This document shows positions 37,901-50,614 of a DNA stretch of 64,000 nt, piece after piece (positions within the stretch are counted from its first letter, which is position 1; each line of letters starts with the position of its first letter). The notes below the pieces were generated by a model that saw only the letters and a list, made by a program, of their open reading frames with translations, made no database searches and was not told the DNA's origin. Made by a program: the position numbers and the translations under genes. This stretch comes from Marsupella aquatica (Eukaryota; Plantae; Marchantiophyta): positions 13,511,469-13,575,468 of the forward strand of contig OZ316896.1 of NCBI GenBank assembly GCA_973895155.1. The letters are read 5' to 3'.

Positions 37901-39947
37901 TTTGAGAATGAGTCCAACACTTTTGGAGTAACACTCAGATATTTGGATTGGATATGATAAATCAAAAAGGACTTTTCAACATGATTTGACCCTAGAGGGA
38001 GTCATGAAAAAGAATAAAGGTAGTCCTACATTGGAACAAAGATGGAGGGATTGGAAACAAGCCTTCTAAAGAATAAAGGTAGTTCAAAAGAAAGGTAGTT
38101 CAACGGAAGGAAAATATGGAGGAATTGGAAACAAACAATTCAAAGAATAAACGTTTATTTGTGTCAAAATTATTCACATAAAGTATCAAACAAAGTACAA
38201 CGAAGGACAAATAGAAGGGGTCCAAGGCGGTCTCGAGTCATGTTAAAACTCAATACTAGAGCCTCATTTCTTGGTGCGTGAAGGATTAGTTCGAAGACTC
38301 TTGTGCCAGATTTTGAAGCAAACCCAACTGCACAATCTGATGTTCTCCGGGTACCTACTGTATCATGACCTGGAATGGGCAAACAGAGTCTTTATTGAGG
38401 AAGGTGGGGAGAGGGCTGAATCAAATCTCCAGGAAATCATGCTCCACATTTCTCCTCGTGAAACAGTTAAAGTGTGGGCTATATTTGGTTCGGCTGCAAA
38501 AGCAAGGTGAAACAAGCCAAAGTTCTGAAGCTAGACACACTGCTTGCATCAAAGCCAGAGTCTGGACAAGGACAAACTTATCAGATATGCACTTATAAGA
38601 TGTGGCCCTTGAACCGAAAGACACCCTGCTGCGATTCTATCCCATTCAAGCTCCAAGACTTTCTTCAGCCCAAGACTCCCATCTTAATAGGCAAGACTCT
38701 GAAACTCCAGTGCATGAAAAGAATCTGGGTTGCCTCCACTAGACTGATGTGTTGGTTTGCAACCATGTAGGATGCATCTGGTCAACTGTCCCCACAGTGA
38801 ACTCCTTAAAAGCCACCTACTCGAGCTCTCACAAAGTAAAGTGTAGGCCGCTACGTACCCTATGCCACCTCTGTACATCTTGACAGCTGATAGTTTTGTA
38901 AAGTATGAACAATGCTGAGCTCAATCCCATCTGAAGATCTCACATTAATGCCAAGCATCAAACCTTTGCTACTCAACTGAAGGAAGACGAAGATCCCAAT
39001 TCAGGTATGACTGGAAACAATTCTCAACACCAATTAGGTGGATTTTAGAGCAACAGTCCTGGATACTTCTCCTCCCTACCGAAAATAATAATGCGGACAC
39101 CCAGTTAGATAGTAAAAGTAGTCCCAGGCAATCCACATACGTGTCAACTCCAATGTTCCGATACAATGATGATACGAGCCTACCAGAATCCGCATCGGCA
39201 AAGCGATCAAATTTCTCCCTTTGGAGTTTTTCAACCTTTGACGAGGACCAATTCATAAAATTAAAATTCATGAATCGTCATATTTGATATTATGGCACAA
39301 GTCACCCACGTACCTGAAATAACAGTGTTCCCTGTAGTGACAAGCTGCGGCTGGGGTGACCTACAATTGTCTAACCAAAATATTTATGAGGGCATTGACT
39401 ACTTTTGCGTTTCTAATCAAGAAACCAGAGCACTGGATGATTTTATGGATACAAGGTCACCATCTACTAACCATCAAAGATAGAAGTCGTCCAAACCAGC
39501 ATACAGCAGAGATAAACCAGTCTTCGGATCTCCTACGATTATTTCCTGCATTCAGTTGAGAGAACCTAGCAGCCACACTGTTTGCAAGGGTGTTCCGATG
39601 TTGCAAGGCAATTGCCGTAGTGATGAAAAGATGATGTGACAAGCACAACCCCTGGAAGGAGAGAAAACTGCTTATCCAAGAATGGCTGGCCCTTGACCTC
39701 TCCTGCTAAATCTCTTGATAAATGTAATCTACCTTTGGATGAAGAAAACTGAAAAAATTCTTCGAGTACATAATTTTGAAGTGTGGCTCAGGTTGATATT
39801 TTCAAAGGGCAGCTGGACTGAGACCATGAACATACAAAGCTGATAGTTGCTCATCTGTCACTGCCATTTCTAGATATTGTGACTAATTTCTGAATCAATT
39901 AGAGGTCTACCATTGAATTGAAGGGATGGGGAAGAGACTCATGTCTT

Positions 39948-42900
39948 CTAAAGATGAAGGGGATCTTGAGCTAGTTCTTCAGCTCTGCTCGCAAGTCGTT
40001 TGCCTGCTAGAGGACTGATTCTAGGTGTTACTGCAGGTGACTCGGCTGATTTCCTTCCTGTTAGCTCCGGAGAGCTAGAGTTGCGAATGCGGAACGATTC
40101 TGTTTTCCTTGTGATGTCATCCGGATTTCGGAAACTGAAGGAAGCTCGTCCTGGATGCTTTGTCAACTCACGTCCACCTTGAAGGAGTGATGAACGAGTT
40201 GGGTTGAACAAGAGCATTTGCTGCATGTCTTTTGGTAAAACATTAAAAATTGCGCGTAAATCGCTTCGTAGTTTCTGGCAAATAGGTCCTTCAGAGTTTC
40301 CCAGTCCAGCACGTTGTACTATCTGCAACGTATAGTTTAAGAATAACATCATCTTGAGGAACAAGTCTACATCAAATAGATTTGGACAGAAATCTTACAA
40401 CAAAAACAAGATAACATTTATATAGAACTTTTCAAAGACATCACCAAATAATGAACATGTTCATGGTAAACACAAAACACAACCACTCGGAAAACTCTTG
40501 TAGCAATAGCTGCCACTTGCTACTCAAAGAAAGTACAATGCTATTGCTTCACGAGCAGAGAGTGTGGCTTCCAAAACTGTTACCTGCAATTCATTAATGA
40601 GGTGTCGTTCAATGGCACTGAAAGCATCTATGACTTCGACTTCTGACATTTTAGCCAGGAAACCCCGGACGTCAGCCTTAGATCTGGCTAGGCGCCAGAT
40701 GCGGTGTTGCTCCTGCTCTGCCACTGACCGCCGTCTTTGAAACCAAGGCATGAAGTTTGGGCCCTTGAGGAAACGCCTGAACACATATCAACTCATGAAG
40801 TAATGCATGAAGCAAGTTTGCTTTTGATCGCAGAGATAAGAGAAGCCATGAAAGCCTAAAGCACAGACAGTGACCCGGCCTTGAGGAAACAGGAAATTGA
40901 AATTACCTGTAAAGCTCAAGCCAGTTGCCACGCAATCGCTTCGCCAAAAACTTTCCAGATCCTCTTGCAGCTAGTCCCTCCAGAAATTCCTGAACATTGA
41001 ATGAAGGCAACGGAGGAGGGTCCGCAAAAGGTGATGCCCCTTCTTGGGGTGCAGATGCTCGCAAATATGGCCCAAATGGAGACAGGAAGTTGGTGGTCAA
41101 TTCAGTAAAGTGCCGCTGCAGAATATCATTATTAACAAGAGTCACGGATTCTTCAGTTCGAGGAGTTGTCACTTCGGCATCAACCAATCGGTTGAGAACA
41201 TTTGTGTCAGGCTTTGTGCATGTTACAAAGTTAGTCCACAAAGCCTCTTTATGTTCAGACATGAGAGAGCTTGGGCCGTCTTTCTTCACACGAGCTACTC
41301 TAAGAAGATTGGTTGGAGAAAAGCGTTTCAAAGGCGAGAGTTGTAATTGTAGTTGCTGCTGCAGTCGACTGTCACTGAATTTGATACCATTATGTGGGGA
41401 AGCTCTGGCAGCCTTCAATCTATTGGCGGTGGGGTGTACACAGCCAACTGAGATAACATTTGAGAAGTTACGCAGGGCCTTGAGGAAAAACGGATTGGTG
41501 ACCCCTAACACCATGGGAGGGACGGGCTCACCTTCTTTCAAAGCATTGAGAGCGGCGAAATCAGGGTCATGAATTGTAAAATATGGCCGGAAGTCAACAC
41601 TGCAAGGAAGGGGTGCCACTAAGCCAACCAGAGCAGCTACTGCCTCGCAACACTGAGAAGGTGTAGGTGCAACAACGAGAAGAGGCTCCCCAACTAAGAG
41701 TAACTCCCACAGTACCCACAACTGCATCAATACACCACGGAACATCCCAAATAAATCCGCTTGATGAAATATACCTAGAGGAACTGATCTTGTCACTGGT
41801 GAAGCAGGGGCAATCGCACAGGTAAATTCATCCAAGGGATTCCCTGAGCCCGGAGGTAATGTGTGTGCAGGAGGCAGATGTGTTCGTATTGTTGAATTGG
41901 CCACGGGAAGGTCCATTTGCTGTCCGTGAAGTGGGGCTGGCCAAAGTGAAACCTCAGAGGCAACCTGCTCTAATGCTTTTGAGCCTATGTCAAAATAAAG
42001 TGGGCCCAGTATCTGTACAAGAGGCTTAAAAACACATAAGAAAGGTCGCTCTGACAAGACTACGAGTGACTTCTGCTCTCCACCCCTTTTCAAGCGCTCA
42101 TCCTGACGCTGACGATTGAAGACAAAACCATACAGATATTTAGGTGCACTACTTCCAGAGATCATATGAAAGTTCCCATAGTTGCCCAAGCCACCATTGC
42201 CCCTGTCTCTTAAGGAAGGGTGGCTAGGCTGTGGGCTTCCATTGCCCACTTTGGAACCCTGCCCCTCTCCTGGACTTTCATTTCCGGCTTCACGAGGTCT
42301 CAATCTTGGAGATAGAACACTTGCGATGAGGCTGGGTACCGGTACATTTCCCCACACACCCTCACCACCTTGAGGAGACTCCACATCAGCCCTTGGTACT
42401 GTTCCAACTTCATCTGCAGAAGCACCCCCAGACGATCGATGATCACCAGGACTACTGACCTGCAAAGCATCTGCTTGTGTAACCAACAGTTGCCCATGTT
42501 CTGACGCTGGTGACCCCTCACGACTTCTGTAGGAGAATTCCCTCCCATCTTTTGCAGGAGAGCCACCTGGAGAGACTCCACCGTGACGCTCATAATTTAA
42601 CAGTGACGTTGTCCGACGTATGGTAGATTGGGAAAAAGGAGAAACCACTACCCCACGTCGACGGATTCTAAAGAAGAAAAAACAATCATGGATGCTGGCT
42701 CGATTGTCAGCCTGTGGCATCAAAAAAGTGTAGATTTTAGTTTCATCTTCAAGCTAGCCTAATTAAACATACAACACGTGACCAAAACTGACATCAAGCA
42801 GGACCTACATCAGGATAGGCGATGAGGGGGACAAAGAAGAATGGTTTCTAAAAGCCACATTGTTACCCACGAGAGAGAAGATATTCCGTTAATACTTGAT

Positions 42901-43488
42901 CCCAGTCGACACAGACATTATCTTTTACCAAATGTAAACCATCAATAGTCATCAAGGAATTAAGAAATTTCCTTGTGAGCTCCAAGCCTTTGCCAAGAGA
43001 TAGATTTCCTACCAATGTCATCAGCCTTCTTGGGAAATAGGACTCAATTTCATGAATTCAGAGCCAGAACAATCCATCTACTAGGTGGAAACTATTAGCC
43101 TTCATCATGCAGGAACGAGGGAGGTCAAAAGCTCAGAACCGAGGACAAAGACGTACTCGATCAGTTGTAACATTTCGTATCTGAACCAGTGCTCTCATAT
43201 CAGTTCTCCGTTAAGTTTCGATACGAACAAAGACGGAGGAAGAAACCACCTACGCTACAGCAGTGGCCGACAACGAGAGCTTACCTGAGACATCGAATCC
43301 GGAAATGAGCTAAACGCCACATCAAGCTCCTCCTCTGGGCTGAGAGCACCGACCGGAAAGCATTCCTCCACCACTTGCCCTTGCTCAAGATCGAATCGAA
43401 TAGAGCAAAAGGCCACAGCCCACCGGCGGAAGCCCATTCCATCCGACCTTCCATTTACGTCAGCTCGCAAGGTCACAGCGCGATTCAT
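39948..43488 (-). CDS. DENND6: DENN-domain protein, DENND6/FAM116-like Rab GEF, 4 coding exons (~858 aa)
   Basis: Exons 43488-43285, 42711-40907, 40776-40584 and 40322-39948 splice in frame with GT-AG introns. Motifs FDLEQGQ..E.C.P, SSFPDS, YGFVFNRQRQD..LKRGGEQKS.V, LWEL.L.GEP, DFRPYFTIHD, LGVTNPFF, HF.ELTTNFL.P and Y.RFL.GPNF..WF. Confidence 0.93.
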
Positions 43489-46145
43489 TGCTACCTGTAA
43501 ATATTTGCCTCAAGTTGTAGTTTCAGCTGATTCTGTTCCCCCATTTCCCAAAACTCAGCTCTCTCTGCTCTTTCAGGTACGGGCTTGATTAAGAACAAGG
43601 AGTGGAAAAGGACAATCGTACATCTAATGTCTAGTCCTGTGACTTGGGTGCAAACGGCAGGTGCTGCTGGGTTGCGGGGCTCCTCCGTGGACTCCACAAC
43701 CGGCACTTTTAGCACAGTACCCAGAAAATTGATATGCCCCAATCTTATGAGAATTTGTCAAGTGTTGATCTCGTTCCTTATCCAGCAGCATCACGTCCGG
43801 GACTACCAATCGTCTAATTTGCCCATCACGACAGAACATCTCACAATCTGTATAGATGAAGACCAGTAGGGTATTGCGCAGTCCCGTTTTAGACTGGACC
43901 TATACTTTGCAGACTGAAGTGGTCCCATTTGAAATAAAATTCCGATAATCGTCGGCTAAAGAGGCCACACACCATAATGAACTTCGCGTAACTCGCGGGT
44001 CCTCTGCTCCAATAACAGTTTCTTGACGACTTCTTATTAATGTTTCCGTTACACACCCTTGTAGCCTATGCTACCATACCTGCAATTGATGGGATGCATA
44101 CGCGTGAAAGATCGCTCGTTCCACTTTCCAAATCACATGCGTGCCACCGCTGTCTAATCCAGTAAAGTCTCACATCTTCGGCCATGCATTCTTGTCCCGA
44201 CAAATGAGGACAGGGTATTGGACAGAGACAGGCAAAGACATTTGATTTCCAGCCAGCCCACAGATCCGTGCTCCTTTAGGGCCACATTGGACTGACTTGG
44301 CATTTACCAAAAACCACCCAGTTCAGCAAGCGCTGATGTTGAGCCGAGCCGAGCAGGGTGCCCTCGATAGAACAGAGAAACACTTCTCCACTCCTTCTCA
44401 CCTCCCGGAATCTACTTGTCTCCGAAACATTAGGTCATAGTGTATACGCAGCTACAGTCCATCCTTACTATTCCGCAACCCTGCAAAAATCATGCCTCGT
44501 CAAAAGCTAGTGATTGATTCGCGCAACCAAACCTGTGAGAATCAATTATCTTTGAACAGCTGGACAACTACCTCTCCCTCTCCGTGTGTTCCCCTTATGA
44601 TTCATGCCTTCATGGTGTGTTAGCGTTTGCGCGAGTGCACGTCTCTCTCTCGCTCTCTGAATCAGTCGCTCATCATCTGATACTTGAACAGACCTCTCTC
44701 ATTCTCTCCCTAACAAAACGCACAATTCCGACAAATAGCTTCTCAAGTAAAAGGGCGGCCTATTTTCGCTAAGAAACTGTACGATGTAATGGCCACGGCC
44801 ACGCCAGGATGGCTGGCAACAACTGTCTCTCTCCCCAAAACAGACACAATGCATTCTTTCTGACTCACAAATCCTGATCTGTGATCCAGATAGATAGCAT
44901 TTCATCAGGCTCCACGGAACATCATGCATAGAAGCTGCCAATTCACCCCGTCAGAACACTCTTCTCCGACACAATATCATGATAAAGCACAACCCATACA
45001 CTATCACCAACGTACATATCACTTTCGGCGTGGGAAATTAGACAGAATCCATTTATCGGAGTGTGCCAGATTACATACGTCAATGTGAATCAAGGGGAAA
45101 CGAAGCAGCATTGCGCATTCCCCGTTAGTCGATCTGGTCCGGGTCTCTCCCTCTTCAAGGCTGGCTGGCTGTCTGGCTGCCTTTCTTCCGTCCTTTCCTC
45201 ACTCGATCTCTGCCGATCGACTGACGCTGCTGCTCCTACAGTGAGATGGATAGCAGCACCAAGCTGGATGATGAGAGACCATCCGATTCTATCATCACTC
45301 CAACTTTTCTCAACTCACAAACGCACACGAGTCCCAAATGCCAACCACTTCAAAAAAAAGGGCAAAATGTACGAGTGGTGAATGACAATAAACTAAGGGA
45401 AAGCCCACGAAAACAACATATTAATCCGACGAAGACCTTCGCGTGGACCAATTCAACTCAGTTCCAATAGACAGTAGAGGACTAGAGGCGGACAAAAGGC
45501 CTGGACACTGTGAGGGTTGGGGGTCGAAGGGTGGCTGGGTTTGATCATGAGTTGGAGACAAGTCTGAAATATCAAGGCATGCCCAAAAGCAGCAGGGCCC
45601 TCCCTCCGTCCCTCTGAGGACTCTCCAACAAGAAACCACATATATTATTATTGTAGAGAGAACACTAGAACAGAGAGGGCTCCTTAAAATCCGGAGACGG
45701 CTCGCGACAGGGATCAGGCAGGGCAGGGGAGGGCAGGGCCGAGGGAGAGAAACAGCACAGTGCAGTAATTTCAAACTGATCTCGTACTGTTGTGCTTTCA
45801 TCCAAGCAAAGAGATCGCACGACGACTGCTCCTTCCGGCCAGGCGCCATCTCCATAACTTTCGACTGTTCCCGCAACGCAAGAATGTGCGCGTCTGCCTG
45901 CTTGCCTACCTGCCTGCCTGCCTGCGTGCCAGCTTGCTCCGCGCTTCTCGTTCATCGTCCTCGCTCACCGCCATCACGCATTGCTTGCTCCCGTGCTTGC
46001 TGCTTGGGTGCTTGCCTCGATCCAGCCAGCTCGTTGTGCCTATTTTCCCGGATCGCTACTGTTGAATTCGTCTCTTGTTGCTTTCTAAAACTCTGAATCA
46101 CAGTAATAACAGGAGCAGTATACGAATTTCAGAATTTGGGTTCAA

Positions 46146-46234
46146 GTCCTCATTATTGGGTACTGGAGACAGTACTGTGGTGGTCCTCATTATTAGGTAC
46201 TCGAGAGAGTACTGTGGTGGTCCTCATTATTGGG
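46146..46234. repeat. 37-bp tandem repeat, 2.4 copies
   Basis: GTCCTCATTATTGGGTACTGGAGACAGTACTGTGGTG at 46146 and 46183, partial at 46220. Confidence 0.9.
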
Positions 46235-46514
46235 AATGATCCTAGTTGCACTCTGGTAATTAAGTGAGGTATTTGCTTGATCTACCTTCAAAATGAAACT
46301 TGTTATTTGATCTACCCTCGAGGTCTATTAACGGTCCAGATCTGAAACCGAAAGGTCCATCAACGGTTCAGATTGGGGAAAAGTATCAAGGGGATTGATT
46401 AAACAAACTTTTTCTAGATGGGGTCTACTAAGCATATCTCTCCTGGTAAGTAAACTACCCTACCTGTTCCTCAATATAGAGCATGCACGTGTGTAGCATA
46501 AGGAGGATACAGGT

Positions 46515-46873
46515 GTTTCATCTCACCAAAGATTACATCTATGAGAGCACAAAAGAATTTCTAAGAATTTTTTTCTAAATTGGCTGGAGATAAGTGCTTC
46601 ATCTCGCCAAATTTTTTAAATCTATAAGAACATATCTATGAGAACACACAATAATGTTTTTCTTAATTCTAATCTGGTGTGTTATATCTAGTCTCCACAG
46701 ACTATCAAGCGCAATAGGAGTGCCCACCGCTTTGTGTACGAGGGTAATTTTTGTAGAATGGTGGCTTTTGCAAATTGCAGGGATGATTGTGACTTTTTTA
46801 CACCAAATTAAAAATGGGGTCCATTTCTGGAGGGTAAAGATATACTCTAAACCAAAAATCTTTTGAGATGAAG
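46515..46873. mobile_element. Putative MITE
   Basis: Inverted ends GTTTCATCTCACCAAAGATT and AATCTTTTGAGATGAAGC, with an internal duplicate of the left end at about 46594. Confidence 0.4.
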
Positions 46874-47450
46874 CTCAATAAATGCAAATCCCTCATATGA
46901 ATGAGCCAAAAGTTTGGAAACATTTGAACCACCTCTAGCCGGGATTTAATATTATAGAGAATATAAAATTTTCACATTGCATTGACTGGCCTCACTAGGT
47001 GCCATATAGGATAGGTATACACCTATGTCAATGGGCCTCTGAGTTCCTGCAAAGCCAACTGTAGCGGTTTCCATTTAATCTCAATATGAAAAGAAGCATT
47101 CAGCCCCCAAACTCTTGTAAAGCCACTCTAATTTGCCAGGGTGCCAAACGTTAGTTTGCATCAATTAAAGGACAAAATGCTGGGAATATCCCTTATCTAA
47201 AACTTTTTTCCCCTCAAACATTCAATTAATGTACCAAACTGCTACTCCAAAGTGTCTTATGTAGCAAACCTTTCATTTGGGATAGGATATATTTTTAGGC
47301 TTGGATTAGATTTGAGAAGATGTGCATTTAAATTACAATGACATGGATGTAGAGAGAACATCTTGACTTTAGGAGTTTTAATTTCTATCCGGAGTTCAAT
47401 CTATCTGGAGTTCAATTTTTTTGAATGGAGATGACACTGGAACTTATTAC

Positions 47451-47805
47451 TATTAAAGTTAACTCTAGTCTTGGGTTAACTTAGTTTACTTAGGTTAATC
47501 ACTATTAGGGTCTTAGTTAATGGAGGTTAGCCGTGACCGGGGCAGTGACTCTAGTTCTTAGCATATAGGGGAGCAAGGAAGTGTTCATATTGGAGAGTCA
47601 TGCTCATTGTTGAGGGAGCAAGCTAGGTTCTACATGTAACATTCTTGTAGAGCTTGTACTTGAAGGCTTGGTGTGGCCATGGACAGTGGCCAAAGCTAGT
47701 AAAGCTCTAGTATTCCGTGGACATAGCCTTGACAAAGGTGAGCGAAGTATCTTGTGTGTTGGTGCATGCTTGTGTTTGTCGCTCTTGTGGCCGGTTTTCC
47801 CAACA
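47451..47805. mobile_element. Solo LTR of family B (inverted relative to 7199-7542)
   Basis: Ends TTTTCCCAACA; the start TATTAAAG is a G>A-decayed TGTTAGGG. Near-TSD ATTAC/ATGAC. Confidence 0.78.
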
Positions 47806-48305
47806 ATGACTCCTTTATTGTGTCTTTTTAGTTGGAGTGAAATACCAAAGATTAATGAGTAATTTTGAAGGTTTTTATCTGGTGCTCTCTTTCTTTTGTA
47901 TTTTGCCTCTTAATTTTTTTCAAATTGGCTGGTTTGCATAGCCCACAATGAATTAGGGTTGTCTTGCATGTGAAAGTCCTTGAGTTTCCACCTCTTAACA
48001 TTCCCAACTATGCCCCCCAAAAGCATGTTTGGACTGTCCACACGATCTATGACACAGTTTGTCTTATTTTCAAAGGTCAGGAATGAAGGGTGGGAAACTT
48101 TCCAACCCTTGCCGTTGGCAACCCTCAATGACAGCGGTCAGGACTGCCTGGGGAGGGGGCTGTGGCATGAAATTCTTCTTCATTCATATGCTGCCATCAG
48201 TTCACTTAAAGGCCAATTTTTTGAGGACCTTATATGCGCAAGAAGACCCTTAAGAAAGTTTCTTGTTAGCAGCACACCTAGTTATGAGCAAATCTTAGTC
48301 ACATC

Positions 48306-48671
48306 TGTTGGGAAAAATTGTCGTCCAGGATCGACACAAGAGTCACATCAACAATGTGCACACCAACAACTCATGCACATCAACCTTAAGACTATACAAC
48401 ATGTAAGTGGTTCACCCGAATGGGCTACGTTCACTATCGTCGAGGAAATCACTAATGATCAAATTATACATGGTCCACCGCGGAGCTCTAAGGCATATCT
48501 TCTCTCTAGGTCTTTCACCAAAGACCTCACTGTGTAGAATGAGTTCCAAACTGGAACTCTCTAAGGTATTATGCCAACTCGAGTGAGCCACTCCACAAAC
48601 TGTGCTAGTGTCTAACTAGAGCTAATGCTAACCGCAGTTAGCCGAGTACAAGGTAGAGGCAATACCTAACA
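48306..48671. mobile_element. Solo LTR of family C (Copia-style)
   Basis: TGTTGGG...CCTAACA termini, perfect TSD ACATC (48301-48305 and 48672-48676), and an internal AAGTGGTTCACCC..GGGCTACGT motif. Confidence 0.85.
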
Positions 48672-49971
48672 ACATCAAGGTCTGCTATGTGACTTGGCAG
48701 ATTATAAAACAAGCCTGACAGTGAAGCTGAAATTTTCTTACACCTTGATGGGACATGTGGCATCTTGCACCTCAAATATTTTCCAGCCAATGGAGTTAAT
48801 AGTCGGACCTGACAGCCTCTCTAAATCTTGGAAGATTGGATGGTTCACATTCATGTGTTGGAAAAGATGTGGCACATGTACCTTCCCAAATTTATAAAAG
48901 AACACCCTTGAGGCACCATTTCATTGGCCCTTGCGGAGTTGAGGGCATGAAATGTAGAGTGGGAGGCTCTGTTGCTACGCCACTCCCAAGAGAAATTTGA
49001 GAGGTGCCTTGAAGTAAGAACTGCTCAGATCGTGCCCACAATTAAAGAGCCAGCCCTTGTTTTCCCCTTGAAAAAGTGGTTTGCAGGCTAAGCTCTTTGA
49101 GTGCTGCTGGAACGCTCGCCTCACTCTTCACCCTTTCCTTTTTGCCTTTCTTTAGGGATAGGAGATTGTGGGAGGCAGTATTTTTTGTGGTGAAAATTGG
49201 CCAAAATCCCACCTCATTGGAAAGTTTTTGCCTCTTTTGGCAAAAAATCTCCACCCTGTTTGTCAACAAGTAGCCACTTTCCTGCCTGGCCACAAACCCC
49301 ACTAGCCAGAATCAAGCTTTTTATATGTATCAAAGTGCCAAAGTACAAAAGCACCAAACTGGGATATAGAATCCCTAAGGCAAAAATCCCCAATAGCTAT
49401 TTAGGGAAGAAAGGGAAAAGAGCTCAAGAAGACCCGGGAGGCCCAACAAGATGAGAGAACCAACAAAGCTGTTGAGTAGACCAAAACCCTATTGGGTGAA
49501 TACTAAAAAGCCTGGTAAAGCTCTCTAGTGAACCATAGAGGAGGGTCACTAAGAGGAATCTGTCTAGGGACCCTAAAACCAACGGCCTCTATGCAAGGAG
49601 GGATGATGAAAGCCTAAACAAATCAAGTGGGCGCACTGCCAATTTTTGGGCTAATTTCACAGACCCCACTAGCCAGAGTAGATCTAAATAAAATCTACAA
49701 AAATTGGATAAGGCATCGTCGCAACACCTTCTATTAATAACACTATCCCTAACTATTAGTTCCAAGAACATGATAGTTCCAAGAACATGAGTAGATAAGA
49801 GAACAATAAAATGTAACAAAATATTCACTGTTCCCATTCTTTAAATATTAATTAAATAAAAAAACAATCATTCATGTCATACATAATATAGCATCATGTC
49901 TATGCACATTTTAGTCACATGCACATATACTTTTTGGTGGGGCCCTAGAGTCTAGCTCTAAACTTTAGATT

Positions 49972-50267
49972 CCCCCTTTGGCACTTTATAAATGAAATAA
50001 GCCACTCTGGCGAAAAAGAAAATAACCTTTCCAAACAAACTGATCCAACCGAGGAACGCCCCCTTGGCACTTTATAAATAAAATAAGCCACTCTGGCGAA
50101 AAAGAAAATATAACCTTTCGAAACAAACTGATCCAACCCACGGGAGGTTCGTCGGTCCTTCTAAAGCGAGTTCACTTGTCGTTTCAGAGTATTGTAATGT
50201 CATGCCAGTGTTCTGCGGTCCTTCTAAAGCGAGTTCACTTGTCCTTTCACAGTACCGTAATGTCATG
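49972..50267. repeat. Two adjacent tandem duplications (~80 bp x2 and ~52 bp x2)
   Basis: 49972-50050 matches 50059-50138; 50153-50204 matches 50216-50267. Confidence 0.9.
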
Positions 50268-50614
50268 TTGGAATGAGACAAAATGACTGCAACGAGATGT
50301 CACGAGGAATGATGAACTTTCAATTCCACAACATTTACGATATCACTCCCCTGCATTGCAAATGTCATTGTCCATCCTCCGGCTTTTCCCGAAGAGAATG
50401 AGTGACGATGGTCGAATGGCGCACTGACTCCCGCTCTCTGTATCGATGTCTTGCAATCGAGAATGAAGAATTGATCTCTGCGAAGGTGACGATTCGGTTA
50501 GCGAGGAGCTGAAGAAAGACGCGGGCACCTTCCTAGATGTCCGTGGCGTGCATGCAAAGTGGTCGGAGACGCTGTTGCCGTTGTCGAGTGTGAGCGCGCA
50601 TTGCGGAAAGGCGT

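Noticed and set aside
38170-38880. Cluster of 64-98-aa ORFs
   Set aside because: No recognisable homology or splice pattern; more likely the DENND6 3' UTR or flank.
40997-41572. 191-aa plus-strand ORF (and similar ORFs over PRS and ALG12)
   Set aside because: These are antisense or off-frame shadows of real coding exons.
44338-44360. TTGAGCCGAGCC resembling the miR171 5' end
   Set aside because: The match stops after about 12 nt and no precursor hairpin is evident.
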